From positions 32,001 to 96,000 of the forward strand of contig SDNY01000001.1 in NCBI GenBank assembly GCA_004524535.1: 64,000 nucleotides of DNA. Reading direction: 5' to 3'. Under the pieces are notes generated by a model. The model did not search any database and had not been told where the DNA came from. It worked only from the letters and a program-made list of their open reading frames with translations. This DNA comes from Promethearchaeota archaeon. GTDB taxonomy: Archaea; Asgardarchaeota; Lokiarchaeia; Sigyniarchaeales; SOKP01. A program made the translations under genes and the position numbers. Numbering within the stretch: the first letter of the stretch is position 1; each line of letters opens with the position of its first letter. This document shows positions 29,821 to 39,911 of the stretch, in pieces.

Positions 29821-30828
29821 ATGAGTTCCCGAAAAAGTAAAGTAATTGTCCTTGGTTCATTAGCTTTTGATTATATCATGAGTTTTGAAGAAAACATTTG
29901 CAATGCTGTATCTATGGATCATGAGAAAGGTGAATTTCAATCCACGATAACAGCATGTGCCCGTATTAAACATTTTGGAGGCACAGCAGGAAATATAGCT
30001 TATAATCTGGGTCTTCTGAATATTGCTAGCGTAAGTTTAGTTGGTGCTGTAGGACCTGATTTTGACCAATTAGGGTATAAGGAACATATACAAAAATTTG
30101 AAAATATTAGTCTTGGAATTGAGGTTCATGAGGATTTATTTACTGCTGCGTGCTATATTGTGAATGATGTGAAAGCAAATCAGATGATAATTTTTCATGG
30201 TGGTGCTCTTGATAAATGCAAAGATATCGATTTAAATGAAAAAATTGGAGATCCTCAAGAATATGCTTATGCAATAAATTCAACTCAGAGTGTGGAAGCT
30301 ATGGAGTGTTTTTCAGATCAATTATTCTCATTAAGAATTCCCATGATATTCGATCCTGGACAAGTAACTCCTTTATTTCCTAAGGACTTACTTATAGAGA
30401 TAATAAAAAAATCGTATATTCTAATTGGAAATAAATATGAAATTAATCAGATTACTAAAAAAACGGGAATGACAGAGGATGATCTAATCTCTCATGTCAA
30501 AGCGATTATTAGGACCAAAGGTGATGAAGGTTCAGAATTGATTTATAAGGATGAATCGGACGCAATATTTAAAAATGAAATACCTATTTGTAAACCTGAA
30601 AAAGCTATTCAAGAAACAACAGGTGCGGGAGATGGATATAGGGCAGGTCTCTTATCTGGACTGATTTTGAACATGACTCTACTTGACTCTTGTCGATTAG
30701 GAGCGGTAATTGGATCATTTGTGATTGAAACTCAAGGAGCCCAAACACAAAAATACACGATAAATAACGTACGGAAACGTTTCTTTAATGCGTATGGGTA
30801 TATGCCTCAAGAATTAGAGGGTTTGTAA
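29821..30828 (+). CDS. PfkB family carbohydrate/nucleoside kinase
   Basis: GSLAFD, FGGTAGNIAY, FDPGQ, TTGAGDGYRAG. Confidence 0.92.
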   Translation: MSSRKSKVIVLGSLAFDYIMSFEENICNAVSMDHEKGEFQSTITACARIKHFGGTAGNIAYNLGLLNIASVSLVGAVGPDFDQLGYKEHIQKFENISLGIEVHEDLFTAACYIVNDVKANQMIIFHGGALDKCKDIDLNEKIGDPQEYAYAINSTQSVEAMECFSDQLFSLRIPMIFDPGQVTPLFPKDLLIEIIKKSYILIGNKYEINQITKKTGMTEDDLISHVKAIIRTKGDEGSELIYKDESDAIFKNEIPICKPEKAIQETTGAGDGYRAGLLSGLILNMTLLDSCRLGAVIGSFVIETQGAQTQKYTINNVRKRFFNAYGYMPQELEGL

Positions 30829-30917
30829 TGTTCTAATTTCCTGAGAGAAAAAATAGAAAAATCATAGTTAATTCTTTTAATCCATCAACTTTTAAAAAAG
30901 AATAGATTTCAGGACAA

Positions 30918-31739
30918 TTATATGTCCCAAACTTCTGATTTTAATAAGTGTTCGATGCGAGTTTTCCTTGGTCTGACAAATTTCGTTCGACCTTCTCTGC
31001 GTTCCAGTAATAGTGATTTTTCTAAAGTTATTGAATTTACCAACTGGACTTCTAAATCACCCTCATTAAGGATAATATGATTAAAGCTTGGACTTTCGTC
31101 TGCTCGAACTTTATCAGATGTAGACGTTCCACAATAAAGAAAAGTTGTTGGACCAATTACATAGGCATGTGGAATATGTTTATGTCCCATTATAACTAAA
31201 TCAATTTTAAATAATAGGGCCAATTCGATTAATTCACCTGCATCCACGAGTGTAGTTTGTTTACGACCGCTGTATGGTACGGCAATCGCATGGTGATGCA
31301 TTGCAATAACTCTATTCTCATAATCTACATTCAGCATACGCCCTAAATAATCCAATTGTTCATCTCCAAGCTCTCCTACACTTAGATCATCCTTAGCGCT
31401 GCAGACTCCAACAATAATGGTTTTTTTCTTTTCAAGAACCAATTTCGACCTTCTAGGACCAATAAATTTCTCAAAAAAGATCATTCCATTATTTTTGGCA
31501 TCATGATTCCCGGGAACCGCCAAAAAATTCTGCGTATGTTCTTTAATTCTTTGTATATAAGGAACGATCTTTTGATATTGGGTAAAACGCCCTTTATGAA
31601 CGATATCTCCCGTTAAGACCACGGCGTCTGGCTTATTATCTTTAACATATTGAGCAACATTATCAAAATATGAATCCCTAAATTCAGATCCATAGTGTAA
31701 ATCTGAGATTTGCAAGATCGACACCATATTATTTTTCAC
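30918..31739 (-). CDS. Calcineurin-like metallophosphoesterase (CpdA/Icc-like)
   Basis: SDLH, TGD, PGNHD, HH, GHKH. Confidence 0.9.
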   Translation of the reverse strand: MKNNMVSILQISDLHYGSEFRDSYFDNVAQYVKDNKPDAVVLTGDIVHKGRFTQYQKIVPYIQRIKEHTQNFLAVPGNHDAKNNGMIFFEKFIGPRRSKLVLEKKKTIIVGVCSAKDDLSVGELGDEQLDYLGRMLNVDYENRVIAMHHHAIAVPYSGRKQTTLVDAGELIELALLFKIDLVIMGHKHIPHAYVIGPTTFLYCGTSTSDKVRADESPSFNHIILNEGDLEVQLVNSITLEKSLLLERREGRTKFVRPRKTRIEHLLKSEVWDI

Positions 31740-31934
31740 CTAATCTGTAATTAATATTACTTAATATATCATTAAAATATAAAGTTATAAAACTTCTGCA
31801 ATAATTATTGATTTTTCTTCTTTTTTTTTAAATTTCTTATTTCTCTAGAGAGGATTTATATATTATATTGCATTTTTTCATAAGGGATAATGTAAGAATT
31901 TTAGAATTTTAATAATAAATTCTTAGAAAAGGTT

Positions 31935-32099
31935 ATGGGAAACAAATTAAAAAATAATTTTAATTTAGATATTGAACTTAAAAAATTGAAGATTCCGCCA
32001 GACACTTATAATTCGAGCGGGACTCATGTTAATGAGCTTTCGCCAGAAGAAAAGAAAAAATGTCTTTCCATATTAAAAAATGAATTTATCCCAAACTAA
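31935..32099 (+). CDS. Small hypothetical protein (54 aa)
   Basis: Manual translation MGNKLKNNFNLDIELKKLKIPPDTYNSSGTHVNELSPEEKKKCLSILKNEFIPN*; fills an otherwise empty gap. Confidence 0.45.
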   Translation: MGNKLKNNFNLDIELKKLKIPPDTYNSSGTHVNELSPEEKKKCLSILKNEFIPN

Positions 32100-32216
32100 A
32101 TCTATAATTTTACCTCTTTATATAATAAAAAGGAAAAATTTCTTTCCTTATAGTAAATTCTTTTAATCCTTCAACTTTTAAAAAGGATTAAAATAAATAA
32201 TAATAATAAATAACTT

Positions 32217-32843
32217 ATGAGAAGTACTAAAGAATTCAGATTTAAATGTACTAGATGTGGTAATTGTTGTACAGATAAAAGTACAATTGTAAACCTTACC
32301 TACTCAGATATATTAAGCATTAAGAAAGGATTAAATTTAATGCTCAATGAAACTTTAGAAATCCTTGGATTTTACACATATGATAAAGAACCTGCCGCTG
32401 AAGATCTTGAAAAGATGGTAATACCTCCAATAAGAACAGAAAAAGGATTAGCATTTGTAGGACTCCTAAAGAGAGATTCAGGAGCTTGTTATTTTTACGA
32501 TGAAAAGAATGTAAAATGTAAAATTTACAATTTAAGACCAAATTTCTGTCGAACATTCCCATTTACATTTGAAATTTTTTTTAATAAGGCTGATAGAACT
32601 AAAGCCAAAATAAAAATGAGCTATACAGAAAAGGGAGAAGAATATTGTCCTGGAATTTCTGCGGATATGCCTCTTATTAATGAAGAACAATGGATTCAAT
32701 TGGGTAAAAAAACTATTGAAGATTTGAACGACAATAACATTTTCATAAATAAGTGGAATGATGCAGTAAGAGGTGGTCAAATTACTCCTACTGTAAAAAA
32801 TCTCCTATCAACAATTTTTAATTTAGAAAAAAAATTAAAATAA
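32217..32843 (+). CDS. YkgJ-family cysteine-cluster (CxxCxxCC) protein
   Basis: CTRCGNCC...CYFY...CKIYNLRPNFCRTFPF...CPG. Confidence 0.88.
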   Translation: MRSTKEFRFKCTRCGNCCTDKSTIVNLTYSDILSIKKGLNLMLNETLEILGFYTYDKEPAAEDLEKMVIPPIRTEKGLAFVGLLKRDSGACYFYDEKNVKCKIYNLRPNFCRTFPFTFEIFFNKADRTKAKIKMSYTEKGEEYCPGISADMPLINEEQWIQLGKKTIEDLNDNNIFINKWNDAVRGGQITPTVKNLLSTIFNLEKKLK

Positions 32844-34478
32844 AGACGCATTAGAAATTGTTTTGTAGCTTGCGCAGGCCAGCAAAGTCCAGAATAGCAT
32901 ACGCAGTTCTATAGTATATGCTAATTTATCGGTCTTCCAATTAAATTCTTTTTTAAGATCTTCTGAATTAAAATACCTTACATTTTTTATAATATGAGTG
33001 AGTAAAATTTGACAAATTGTGTACTCGGCTTTTTTCAAATCCAGTAAATCTATAATTAATAGAGCTCTAGCTGAATCTGTTATTGTATCATTAATCATTC
33101 CATTCTGAGTTATCAATTTCTTTAATTTACTCATATATAACGATTTGAAATGACTTAGATTAGCTTTTTTATCAAGCAATTTTATACTGGCTAAATGTTC
33201 TAATATATCTAATACTGGATTATACTCTTTAATGTTTTCTGAATTAGATAAAATATCTAAACTTAAAATAGAATTTATAAGATTAGTTTTAAGTGCAATT
33301 ATACCTCCACTTTTTTCTAATATTTTTAAGCATAAAATAGTAAAAAAATTAAGGTGAAGCTTCTCTGGTATAAAATCTTTTAATTCAGATTCAAGAAACC
33401 TTTGTATATCCGTTAGATCTACAAATTCAATATTATCATTATATAAGAGATTTAATTCTGAAAGTATTGCGAGACCGAAAAAATTATTAATTGGATCAGG
33501 AGTGGACTCTTTAGAAGCACGAAAAATCTTTCCATTTACGTATTTTCTAGCTATTTCAATAATTTGTTTTGCATTTAAGGATAATTCAATATTTAACATC
33601 CTCAAAATACTAATAAAATAGAAAAGATTTTCTAAATTGAGAAATTCAAGGTTAGAATCTTTCGAATTTTTTAAATTAGCTATGTCGATGTTAAATTCAT
33701 TAATTATATCCGAATTAATTGGTGAGAAACTTCCAATAGAATCAAGAAAAAGTTTTTGTTTTTGTGGTAGCTGAAAGTTTAATTTTTCAGGAATTACCTC
33801 TTGAATTGAGACTTTTGGTTTAGAAGGACCAACTTTAGACACTATTCTTTTTTCCTCAAATTCCTTTAATTCCTCTGGAGTTGCTGATTTTATTACCATA
33901 TCCCCCTTAATGATTTTCTCCTCTTTCTTGGTTAAATAATCTGATGGCACGACTGAATTTTTTATTTCCTCCATACATTCTTTAATTGCCTCTCGAATAT
34001 CTGAGGATGGTATTTTATTATGCTTGAATTTATTTAAACGATTGATAAAACCACGAGGCAAAAGGTCAAAAAGATCTAAATTTTCCATTTTTTTCGTGTC
34101 TAAATCAATCAAATAATCAAATAAAATCTCAAAAAGAATTTGATCAATATAATCTTTTAAATCTCTTTCAAAATAGGAATTATAATCAGGATAATCATCT
34201 GGGTTTTTTTTTGTGAGCGTATTAAATTGTTTCATACTTTCTTCTAGTTTATTTTTTGGGACTCCAATTGTCATAAACGCTAATTTAATAGCGTTTAACA
34301 TCGTTTCTATATTTGTTTTTCGAGTTTCTTCACTATCTTGCGATGGTTTTTTTTCTAAGTTAATTTCTTTTTCTGCCAAAATATCCTTAATATAATTAAA
34401 ACTTCGAAAATAGAAATTAAAAATCTCATCCTTAAACAACTGAATAAACTTTTCTAAGATTGGTGCTACTTCTTCCAT
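32835..34478 (-). CDS. Hypothetical protein, helical C-terminal half (possibly alpha-alpha barrel-like)
   Basis: 547-aa ORF with repeated amphipathic helices and no catalytic motif recognised. Confidence 0.65.
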   Translation of the reverse strand: MEEVAPILEKFIQLFKDEIFNFYFRSFNYIKDILAEKEINLEKKPSQDSEETRKTNIETMLNAIKLAFMTIGVPKNKLEESMKQFNTLTKKNPDDYPDYNSYFERDLKDYIDQILFEILFDYLIDLDTKKMENLDLFDLLPRGFINRLNKFKHNKIPSSDIREAIKECMEEIKNSVVPSDYLTKKEEKIIKGDMVIKSATPEELKEFEEKRIVSKVGPSKPKVSIQEVIPEKLNFQLPQKQKLFLDSIGSFSPINSDIINEFNIDIANLKNSKDSNLEFLNLENLFYFISILRMLNIELSLNAKQIIEIARKYVNGKIFRASKESTPDPINNFFGLAILSELNLLYNDNIEFVDLTDIQRFLESELKDFIPEKLHLNFFTILCLKILEKSGGIIALKTNLINSILSLDILSNSENIKEYNPVLDILEHLASIKLLDKKANLSHFKSLYMSKLKKLITQNGMINDTITDSARALLIIDLLDLKKAEYTICQILLTHIIKNVRYFNSEDLKKEFNWKTDKLAYTIELRMLFWTLLACASYKTISNASLF

Positions 34479-34556
34479 TTTTCAATTTATATCCTTATAT
34501 TAATCTTATATCAATACTTACATTTATATTTATATCGAACAAAATGGCAGTAATTT

Positions 34557-35294
34557 ATGAAAAGTTACTATTATAATAAAATTGCTAAGGATTATGATAT
34601 AAAAAGAAAAAAGCCGTGGAAAGCGCTTGAAAACTTTTTATCATATTTGGCAGAAAAAAATTATGCTTTTAAAGGATATTGTATCGATTTAGGATGTGCG
34701 AATGGAAGAAATTTTAAATTATTTAAAAACTCAAGTAATAAATTAATTGGTATAGATAAATCTCTCGAATTTTTAAAAATTGCGCACGAAGAATTAAACA
34801 GGTCCACACATTATTCTAAAATCGATTCAAATAATATTCAACTAATTCTTGGAGGGTTGAAACATATTCCAATCAGGAATAATTCCGTCCAAAATATCTT
34901 CTCAATTGCTACAATTCATCATATAAAAGGCAAAACCGAAAGGGAAAAAATTATAACCCATATATCTGATTTATTAAGCAAGGATGGTTATTTTTTACTA
35001 ACAGTGTGGCGTAAATGGCAAAAAAAGTATAAGAAATACTTCATTTCTAATTTAATTAAAAGAATTTTCAATCCAAAATATAGAAAGCACCAAAATGAAT
35101 TAAAATTATATGAATTTGGTGATAAATATGTACCTTGGACTATTTCTAAAGAAAAAAAGACTTACAATCGTTTCTATCATTTCTTTTCTAAGCGAGAAGT
35201 AAAAAGATTACTCAGAATTTTTAAAATTAAAGAGTTTTCAATAAGAGGGGGATCAACAAATAAAGATAATTTTTTTATATTAGCTAAAAAATAG
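34557..35294 (+). CDS. Class I SAM-dependent methyltransferase, Trm9/ALKBH8-like
   Basis: YNKIAKDY..R.KPW, DLGCANGRN, SIATIHHI, TVW, VPW...RFYHFF. Confidence 0.8.
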   Translation: MKSYYYNKIAKDYDIKRKKPWKALENFLSYLAEKNYAFKGYCIDLGCANGRNFKLFKNSSNKLIGIDKSLEFLKIAHEELNRSTHYSKIDSNNIQLILGGLKHIPIRNNSVQNIFSIATIHHIKGKTEREKIITHISDLLSKDGYFLLTVWRKWQKKYKKYFISNLIKRIFNPKYRKHQNELKLYEFGDKYVPWTISKEKKTYNRFYHFFSKREVKRLLRIFKIKEFSIRGGSTNKDNFFILAKK

Positions 35295-35335
35295 TGTTCT
35301 GAAAAAGAGTTCAATTACATTATAAAAATCTATTA

Positions 35336-35827
35336 CTAATGGCAAATAATTGACATAAAAGACTCTAAAATGTAAGGTTTAAATCCTTCATAATGTTCTC
35401 TTATAATAACAGAATGCATATTGAATTGTCGCTCTGTTAGTTCGCAATATAAAACACCATGTAAATTGTTTTCCGGATAATATCTTTTCCTTATCATTTT
35501 TGATCGCCCACCAGACCAATATGTAAATTCATGGGTATGGAGCCAAACTTGTTCCTTTTTTGTAACAACTACATTAATTGCGTTATACATATCTATTGAT
35601 TCTTGAACCTCTCGACTATGAAGGAATTTAGTTCTGTCCTTTTTTAACCAATCAAATTCCATTGTAGCATTTGGCCCCCATATCTCATCATAGTTATTAT
35701 GACTGTGAAATTTTATGGTTCCTTTATTTTCATCTCCTGTTACTTCGACTTCTTTAAACCAAATTGGTACTTTATTTATTGTGACATTAAATTCTGATTT
35801 TTCATAAATAAAATAATTCTTCTGCAT
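35336..35827 (-). CDS. Hypothetical protein
   Basis: 163-aa ORF co-oriented with its neighbours. Confidence 0.65.
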   Translation of the reverse strand: MQKNYFIYEKSEFNVTINKVPIWFKEVEVTGDENKGTIKFHSHNNYDEIWGPNATMEFDWLKKDRTKFLHSREVQESIDMYNAINVVVTKKEQVWLHTHEFTYWSGGRSKMIRKRYYPENNLHGVLYCELTERQFNMHSVIIREHYEGFKPYILESFMSIICH

Positions 35828-35929
35828 CCTTATACCTCTATATTACATAACAAAATGATATATAATAAAATTATGTTATAAATTTTTTGAATTCCTAAGA
35901 TTTTATTGCTGTAATTAAAAAGAGAAGAA

Positions 35930-36607
35930 TTACTTATTTAACAGTTCTTTTCCTTCCTCTACCCATTTCTTTATTCTATCTGCTGAAACACCTGATATCA
36001 GCATAGCTAATTCTTCAGGATCTTCTTTTATTAATCCTTCAACACTATTAACCCCAAGATCCTGGAATTTCTTAGCAGTAGCAGAACCTAATCCAGATAA
36101 CTTTGATAAAGAGATCTCTATTTCTTCTGGTTTGGGGGCAGGTTTCGGTTTGGCTTTAGTGGCTGGAGTCAGCTTAGTTTTTGGGGGTGTTTTTACTTTA
36201 GGTTCAATTACAGTCTTTTTAGGAATAGCTTGCATCTTTTCTTCTTTTTCGATTTCTTGTACGACTTCTATTTTTTCTTTTGGTATTTTTTTCTTCTTAA
36301 CTTTCCGTTTAGGACTTGCTTTTACTCTTTCTTCTTTGGGTAAATAAGGTTTCTTTTTCTTCTCCTTTTTTTTCAGAGGTTTTAAAGCTTTTAATTGTTC
36401 AATATTCCATTCATGTGTGGATTTTCTAAAATAGTCAATTTTTATGTTTAATTCTTTTAAGAACGCAATTGTTTTTCCAGCTGCCTTTATTTCTGTCAAA
36501 GAAAAACCGTTTCCTTCTCTTATATGCCCTTCTCTAGAGGGAGACTTTACCGTCGCAATGGTCTTTTTGACTGTAGTTGTTTTTTCTGTTTTATCCGTTT
36601 TTTCCAT
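35930..36607 (-). CDS. rpl13e: Ribosomal protein eL13-like domain fused via a Lys/Pro-rich linker to a helix-hairpin-helix domain
   Basis: REGNGFSLTEIKAAG...IKIDYFRKSTHEWNIEQLK matches the L13e core; C-terminal LSGLGSATAKKFQDLGV...ISGVS is HhH-type. Confidence 0.75.
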   Translation of the reverse strand: MEKTDKTEKTTTVKKTIATVKSPSREGHIREGNGFSLTEIKAAGKTIAFLKELNIKIDYFRKSTHEWNIEQLKALKPLKKKEKKKKPYLPKEERVKASPKRKVKKKKIPKEKIEVVQEIEKEEKMQAIPKKTVIEPKVKTPPKTKLTPATKAKPKPAPKPEEIEISLSKLSGLGSATAKKFQDLGVNSVEGLIKEDPEELAMLISGVSADRIKKWVEEGKELLNK

Positions 36608-36703
36608 AATTTAACACGAGTTTGAAATCCTATTAAAGTAATTATGATATATCTTGAAAATTTTTATTCTTTTCTATATAAACCAAAGATTGAATAAAAT
36701 TAT

Positions 36704-37342
36704 TTAAAAAAAGATTAAATCAATTTTTTTCAATTTTTTTAATATTTCATTAATTTCAGTTCGATTTTTCTCAGGATACATTCTTGAAATTTTAAGTGGA
36801 GAATTTTTACCGTTGCATTGTAAAGCTACACTGTGTTCAAATTCAGTTATAATTCCATTGGCTAATATTCTTTCTAAAACACTCTCAACAACTAATAATT
36901 TGGGAAATACCTCAGAAATTCTTCCTCCAAACGTTATGTTTTCTATATCCGCATTAAAGGATTGAAACTTTTTTTCTGTAGTTTCTCTGAATAATTTTAG
37001 ATCCGATCTATGTTTTTTCCAGAATCTATGACCGATTTTATATAGTGCCTTCTTAGTTTGACCAATCTCGTCATCAGCATCTGAGACTGAACAAATCAAT
37101 ACCCTTGAGGGATGGTGATAATAAATTAAGAATGTGGTATCTTCGGACTCCAAAACTCTGTTCATTTCATTTGTACTTTCACTTTTAGCCATTGCTTCTT
37201 TAATATTATCTATAGTTCGATTAATTGTTTCAAAAAAACCGGGAAATATATTATTTTTAAATTTCTTTTGGAATTCCTTAAAAGAAATTTCCATTAGCGA
37301 TATACCGTTATCAACATCAATTAAAAAAACTTTATATATCAA
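36704..37342 (-). CDS. Longin-like domain protein with C-terminal winged helix
   Basis: VFLIDVDNGISLM beta-hairpin and longin-like alpha/beta pattern; C-terminal CNGKNSPLKIS...ILKKLKKIDLI wHTH-like. Confidence 0.6.
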   Translation of the reverse strand: MIYKVFLIDVDNGISLMEISFKEFQKKFKNNIFPGFFETINRTIDNIKEAMAKSESTNEMNRVLESEDTTFLIYYHHPSRVLICSVSDADDEIGQTKKALYKIGHRFWKKHRSDLKLFRETTEKKFQSFNADIENITFGGRISEVFPKLLVVESVLERILANGIITEFEHSVALQCNGKNSPLKISRMYPEKNRTEINEILKKLKKIDLIFF

Positions 37343-37441
37343 AATTAGAACGGGTTTTATTCACTTTTATTCTTATTATAAATAATAAAAATTCTGCTAT
37401 ATATTGCTGTGGATTAAAAATAGAGATTTTCTTAAATTACC

Positions 37442-38857
37442 CTAAATATAACTACTAATTAAATCTATAAGAGTTTTAGAAAATTCTGGCAGACAATTAT
37501 CAATTTTTTCCATTCCAACAAATTTTTCAATAAATAATAGCAAAAAAAGATTAAATTTTCCTACTTTTATTTTCTTAAAGATAATATTTTTACTTTCAGA
37601 TGTTATATCTGAGGATACTATAAAATCTTCCTTTAGCAATTTAAATTCTTTAAAAGTTTTATATAAAGTTTGAAAGTGGGGGGCTGAAATCTCAAATACT
37701 CTTCGAGAAACTTCGTCTTTAGAATAATTGGCTAATATAATTCCATTTTCGTTTAAAAGTAATAACGCATCAGCATTCGTTTTATCTGCAAAAAATTTTA
37801 ATTGTTTTTTAAAAAATTCACGATTCGGGGAAAGTTGCGAGAGCCCGAATGAATATGCAGAGATTAAGCTCCAATAATCGAAAATACTCGTCCGAAAGAT
37901 TTTTATAAAAAATTTATCTGAATTTTTGTTAATTCCATTAGTGGCATATTGTACTTTTTTTATTATTTCTTCTGAGAGCTTTAAATCTGGATCATATTTA
38001 TTTAAACAAACAATAACTGGTGGGAATTCATCCAATTCTCTTAAAGATTTAATTATTCTAATAAAAAGGTCTATAGATTCATCTAATCTCTCTTTTGAAT
38101 CTTGGATATCAATTATATAAAATAATAAGTCAACATTATATAGATAATATTTGCTTTGTTCAAGATACTTTTCCCTGTATCTTTTTTGTCCACCTAAGTC
38201 CCACAGGGTCATTTGAGAGTTTTGATCTTCAAAAATTGTCTCCTCAGACCTTTCTACTCCTTTTGTGGGGAGCGTCTTTATAATTTCAGAATATTTCTTT
38301 TTGATTGCAAGAAGAAAACTTGTCTTTCCAGCCCTATCCAAGCCAACAAATATTATCTTTATTTTTCTTTTTACAGAAAAAGGATCTTTTAAATCTGAAC
38401 TAAAAGCAATCAAGTGTTCCCTTATTTCATTAATAATTTTTTTATATTCATTTAACTCTTTTGTATTTTGTATCTGTGTAGCGCCTTTTTCGAGAATAGC
38501 TCTCAGATATTTCATATTCTCGTGAAAAAAATTTTTATTCTCATCATCAATTAACACCGTAATTGTGGCGGCCATAGCATTGCCTCTTGCCTTCTCATCC
38601 GCTATCAGAAAAAAATATGTAAGTCCACTTAGTTTTAAGTCAGGAAATGGAAGAATACCGAAATAATTAATATTTAAATCATCGCCATCTTGATATATTT
38701 CATCTCCCATAAGTAAACTAATCGTTTTCATAGCTATTATAAGACGAGCGCTCTCATCCATATCATCTGGCCAATACACCTTAGGAGTAGGACCTTCTTC
38801 GTCAAACACTGACAAGACGATAGATTTGATTATATGCTTTTTTTCCTGTTCCGTCAT
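37442..38857 (-). CDS. Rag/Arf-like small GTPase with N-terminal uDENN/longin-like domain and C-terminal roadblock-like domain
   Basis: G1 GLDRAGKTS, PTKG, G3 WDLGGQ, G4 NKYD, G5 TSIFD; N-terminal LSVFDEEGPTP; C-terminal LLLNENGIILA. Confidence 0.85.
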   Translation of the reverse strand: MTEQEKKHIIKSIVLSVFDEEGPTPKVYWPDDMDESARLIIAMKTISLLMGDEIYQDGDDLNINYFGILPFPDLKLSGLTYFFLIADEKARGNAMAATITVLIDDENKNFFHENMKYLRAILEKGATQIQNTKELNEYKKIINEIREHLIAFSSDLKDPFSVKRKIKIIFVGLDRAGKTSFLLAIKKKYSEIIKTLPTKGVERSEETIFEDQNSQMTLWDLGGQKRYREKYLEQSKYYLYNVDLLFYIIDIQDSKERLDESIDLFIRIIKSLRELDEFPPVIVCLNKYDPDLKLSEEIIKKVQYATNGINKNSDKFFIKIFRTSIFDYWSLISAYSFGLSQLSPNREFFKKQLKFFADKTNADALLLLNENGIILANYSKDEVSRRVFEISAPHFQTLYKTFKEFKLLKEDFIVSSDITSESKNIIFKKIKVGKFNLFLLLFIEKFVGMEKIDNCLPEFSKTLIDLISSYI

Positions 38858-39074
38858 AGCATTGCCGTAATTAATTATTAGATGATCCTTTTTTTTCCAT
38901 CCAAAATGTAGAATTTTATTATTTAAGTATCTTGCTTTAAAATATATAAAATGATTACATTATTTATTTTTATTTTATACAAGGGTTGAATTATTTAAAA
39001 AAATCAAGAATCAAATTTTAAACATCGAATTCCTGAATTATTAGACCTCAAAGATATATTTAATATAGATTAAA

Positions 39075-39563
39075 TCAGTCTAATTTAAATGTAAAATCCC
39101 TACTGATCTGTACTACATCAATAAATTCTCTTAAATCCCAGCTAGAAATACGATATAAGAATTCTTTTCTAATCTTCCTTCTTCTCCGAAGAATTAGTCG
39201 TTTGGATAAATTCATTTTAGATAACTCCATTATTTTTTTTATATATCCTTCACATAGTTCCTTTAAATCTGCCATTGGTCTTCCTATTCTGGTATATTTT
39301 TTTCTCTCTTCTTCATATCCCATCTCTGATAACACAGAGCATACAATTTCTCGAATATGTGGTCCTGAAAGGAACCCGATTTCGGAACTTATAATCCTCC
39401 TTAAAACAGTTTTAGTAATTTGTTCAGCAGATTCATCATTTAAGGATGTTTCTTTTAATAGACTACTATATATCTTATTTTCATCAAAAGGCTTGATACC
39501 ACTTTTGGTAGCTACATCTGAGGGAAGATATTTTCTAATAATTTCATCATTATTTCTGCTCAA
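39075..39563 (-). CDS. Stand-alone ATP-cone domain protein
   Basis: KPFDENKIYSSLLKET...LSGPHIREIVCSVL...YTRIG resembles the N-terminus of archaeal NrdD; no catalytic domain follows. Confidence 0.8.
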   Translation of the reverse strand: MSRNNDEIIRKYLPSDVATKSGIKPFDENKIYSSLLKETSLNDESAEQITKTVLRRIISSEIGFLSGPHIREIVCSVLSEMGYEEERKKYTRIGRPMADLKELCEGYIKKIMELSKMNLSKRLILRRRRKIRKEFLYRISSWDLREFIDVVQISRDFTFKLD

Positions 39564-39911
39564 CCTGAATCCCCTTTAATAAAATTTAAAAATCCAATCT
39601 CTATTCAGTTTCATCTATATAAACTCCATCATTATTACTTTACTTGTATCTACAAGATCATTACTTTCTTTTAGATACAGGCTTTAAAACCACGATTAAT
39701 CTTTTAACTTAATAAATAGTTTTCCAAGTATAAAATTAAAGGGAATTTAAAAAAAGGTTATTATTAACACATTAAAGTTGAGAGATCTATCTTTTAAAAT
39801 GAATGTGAACAAAGAAAGGAGAATATTCTTTATAAGGGACTTCTAAATCATAAAATTTAGAATTTTATTAACCTCTTTTCATTTTTTTAAATAGTAATTC
39901 TAATTATTTTT

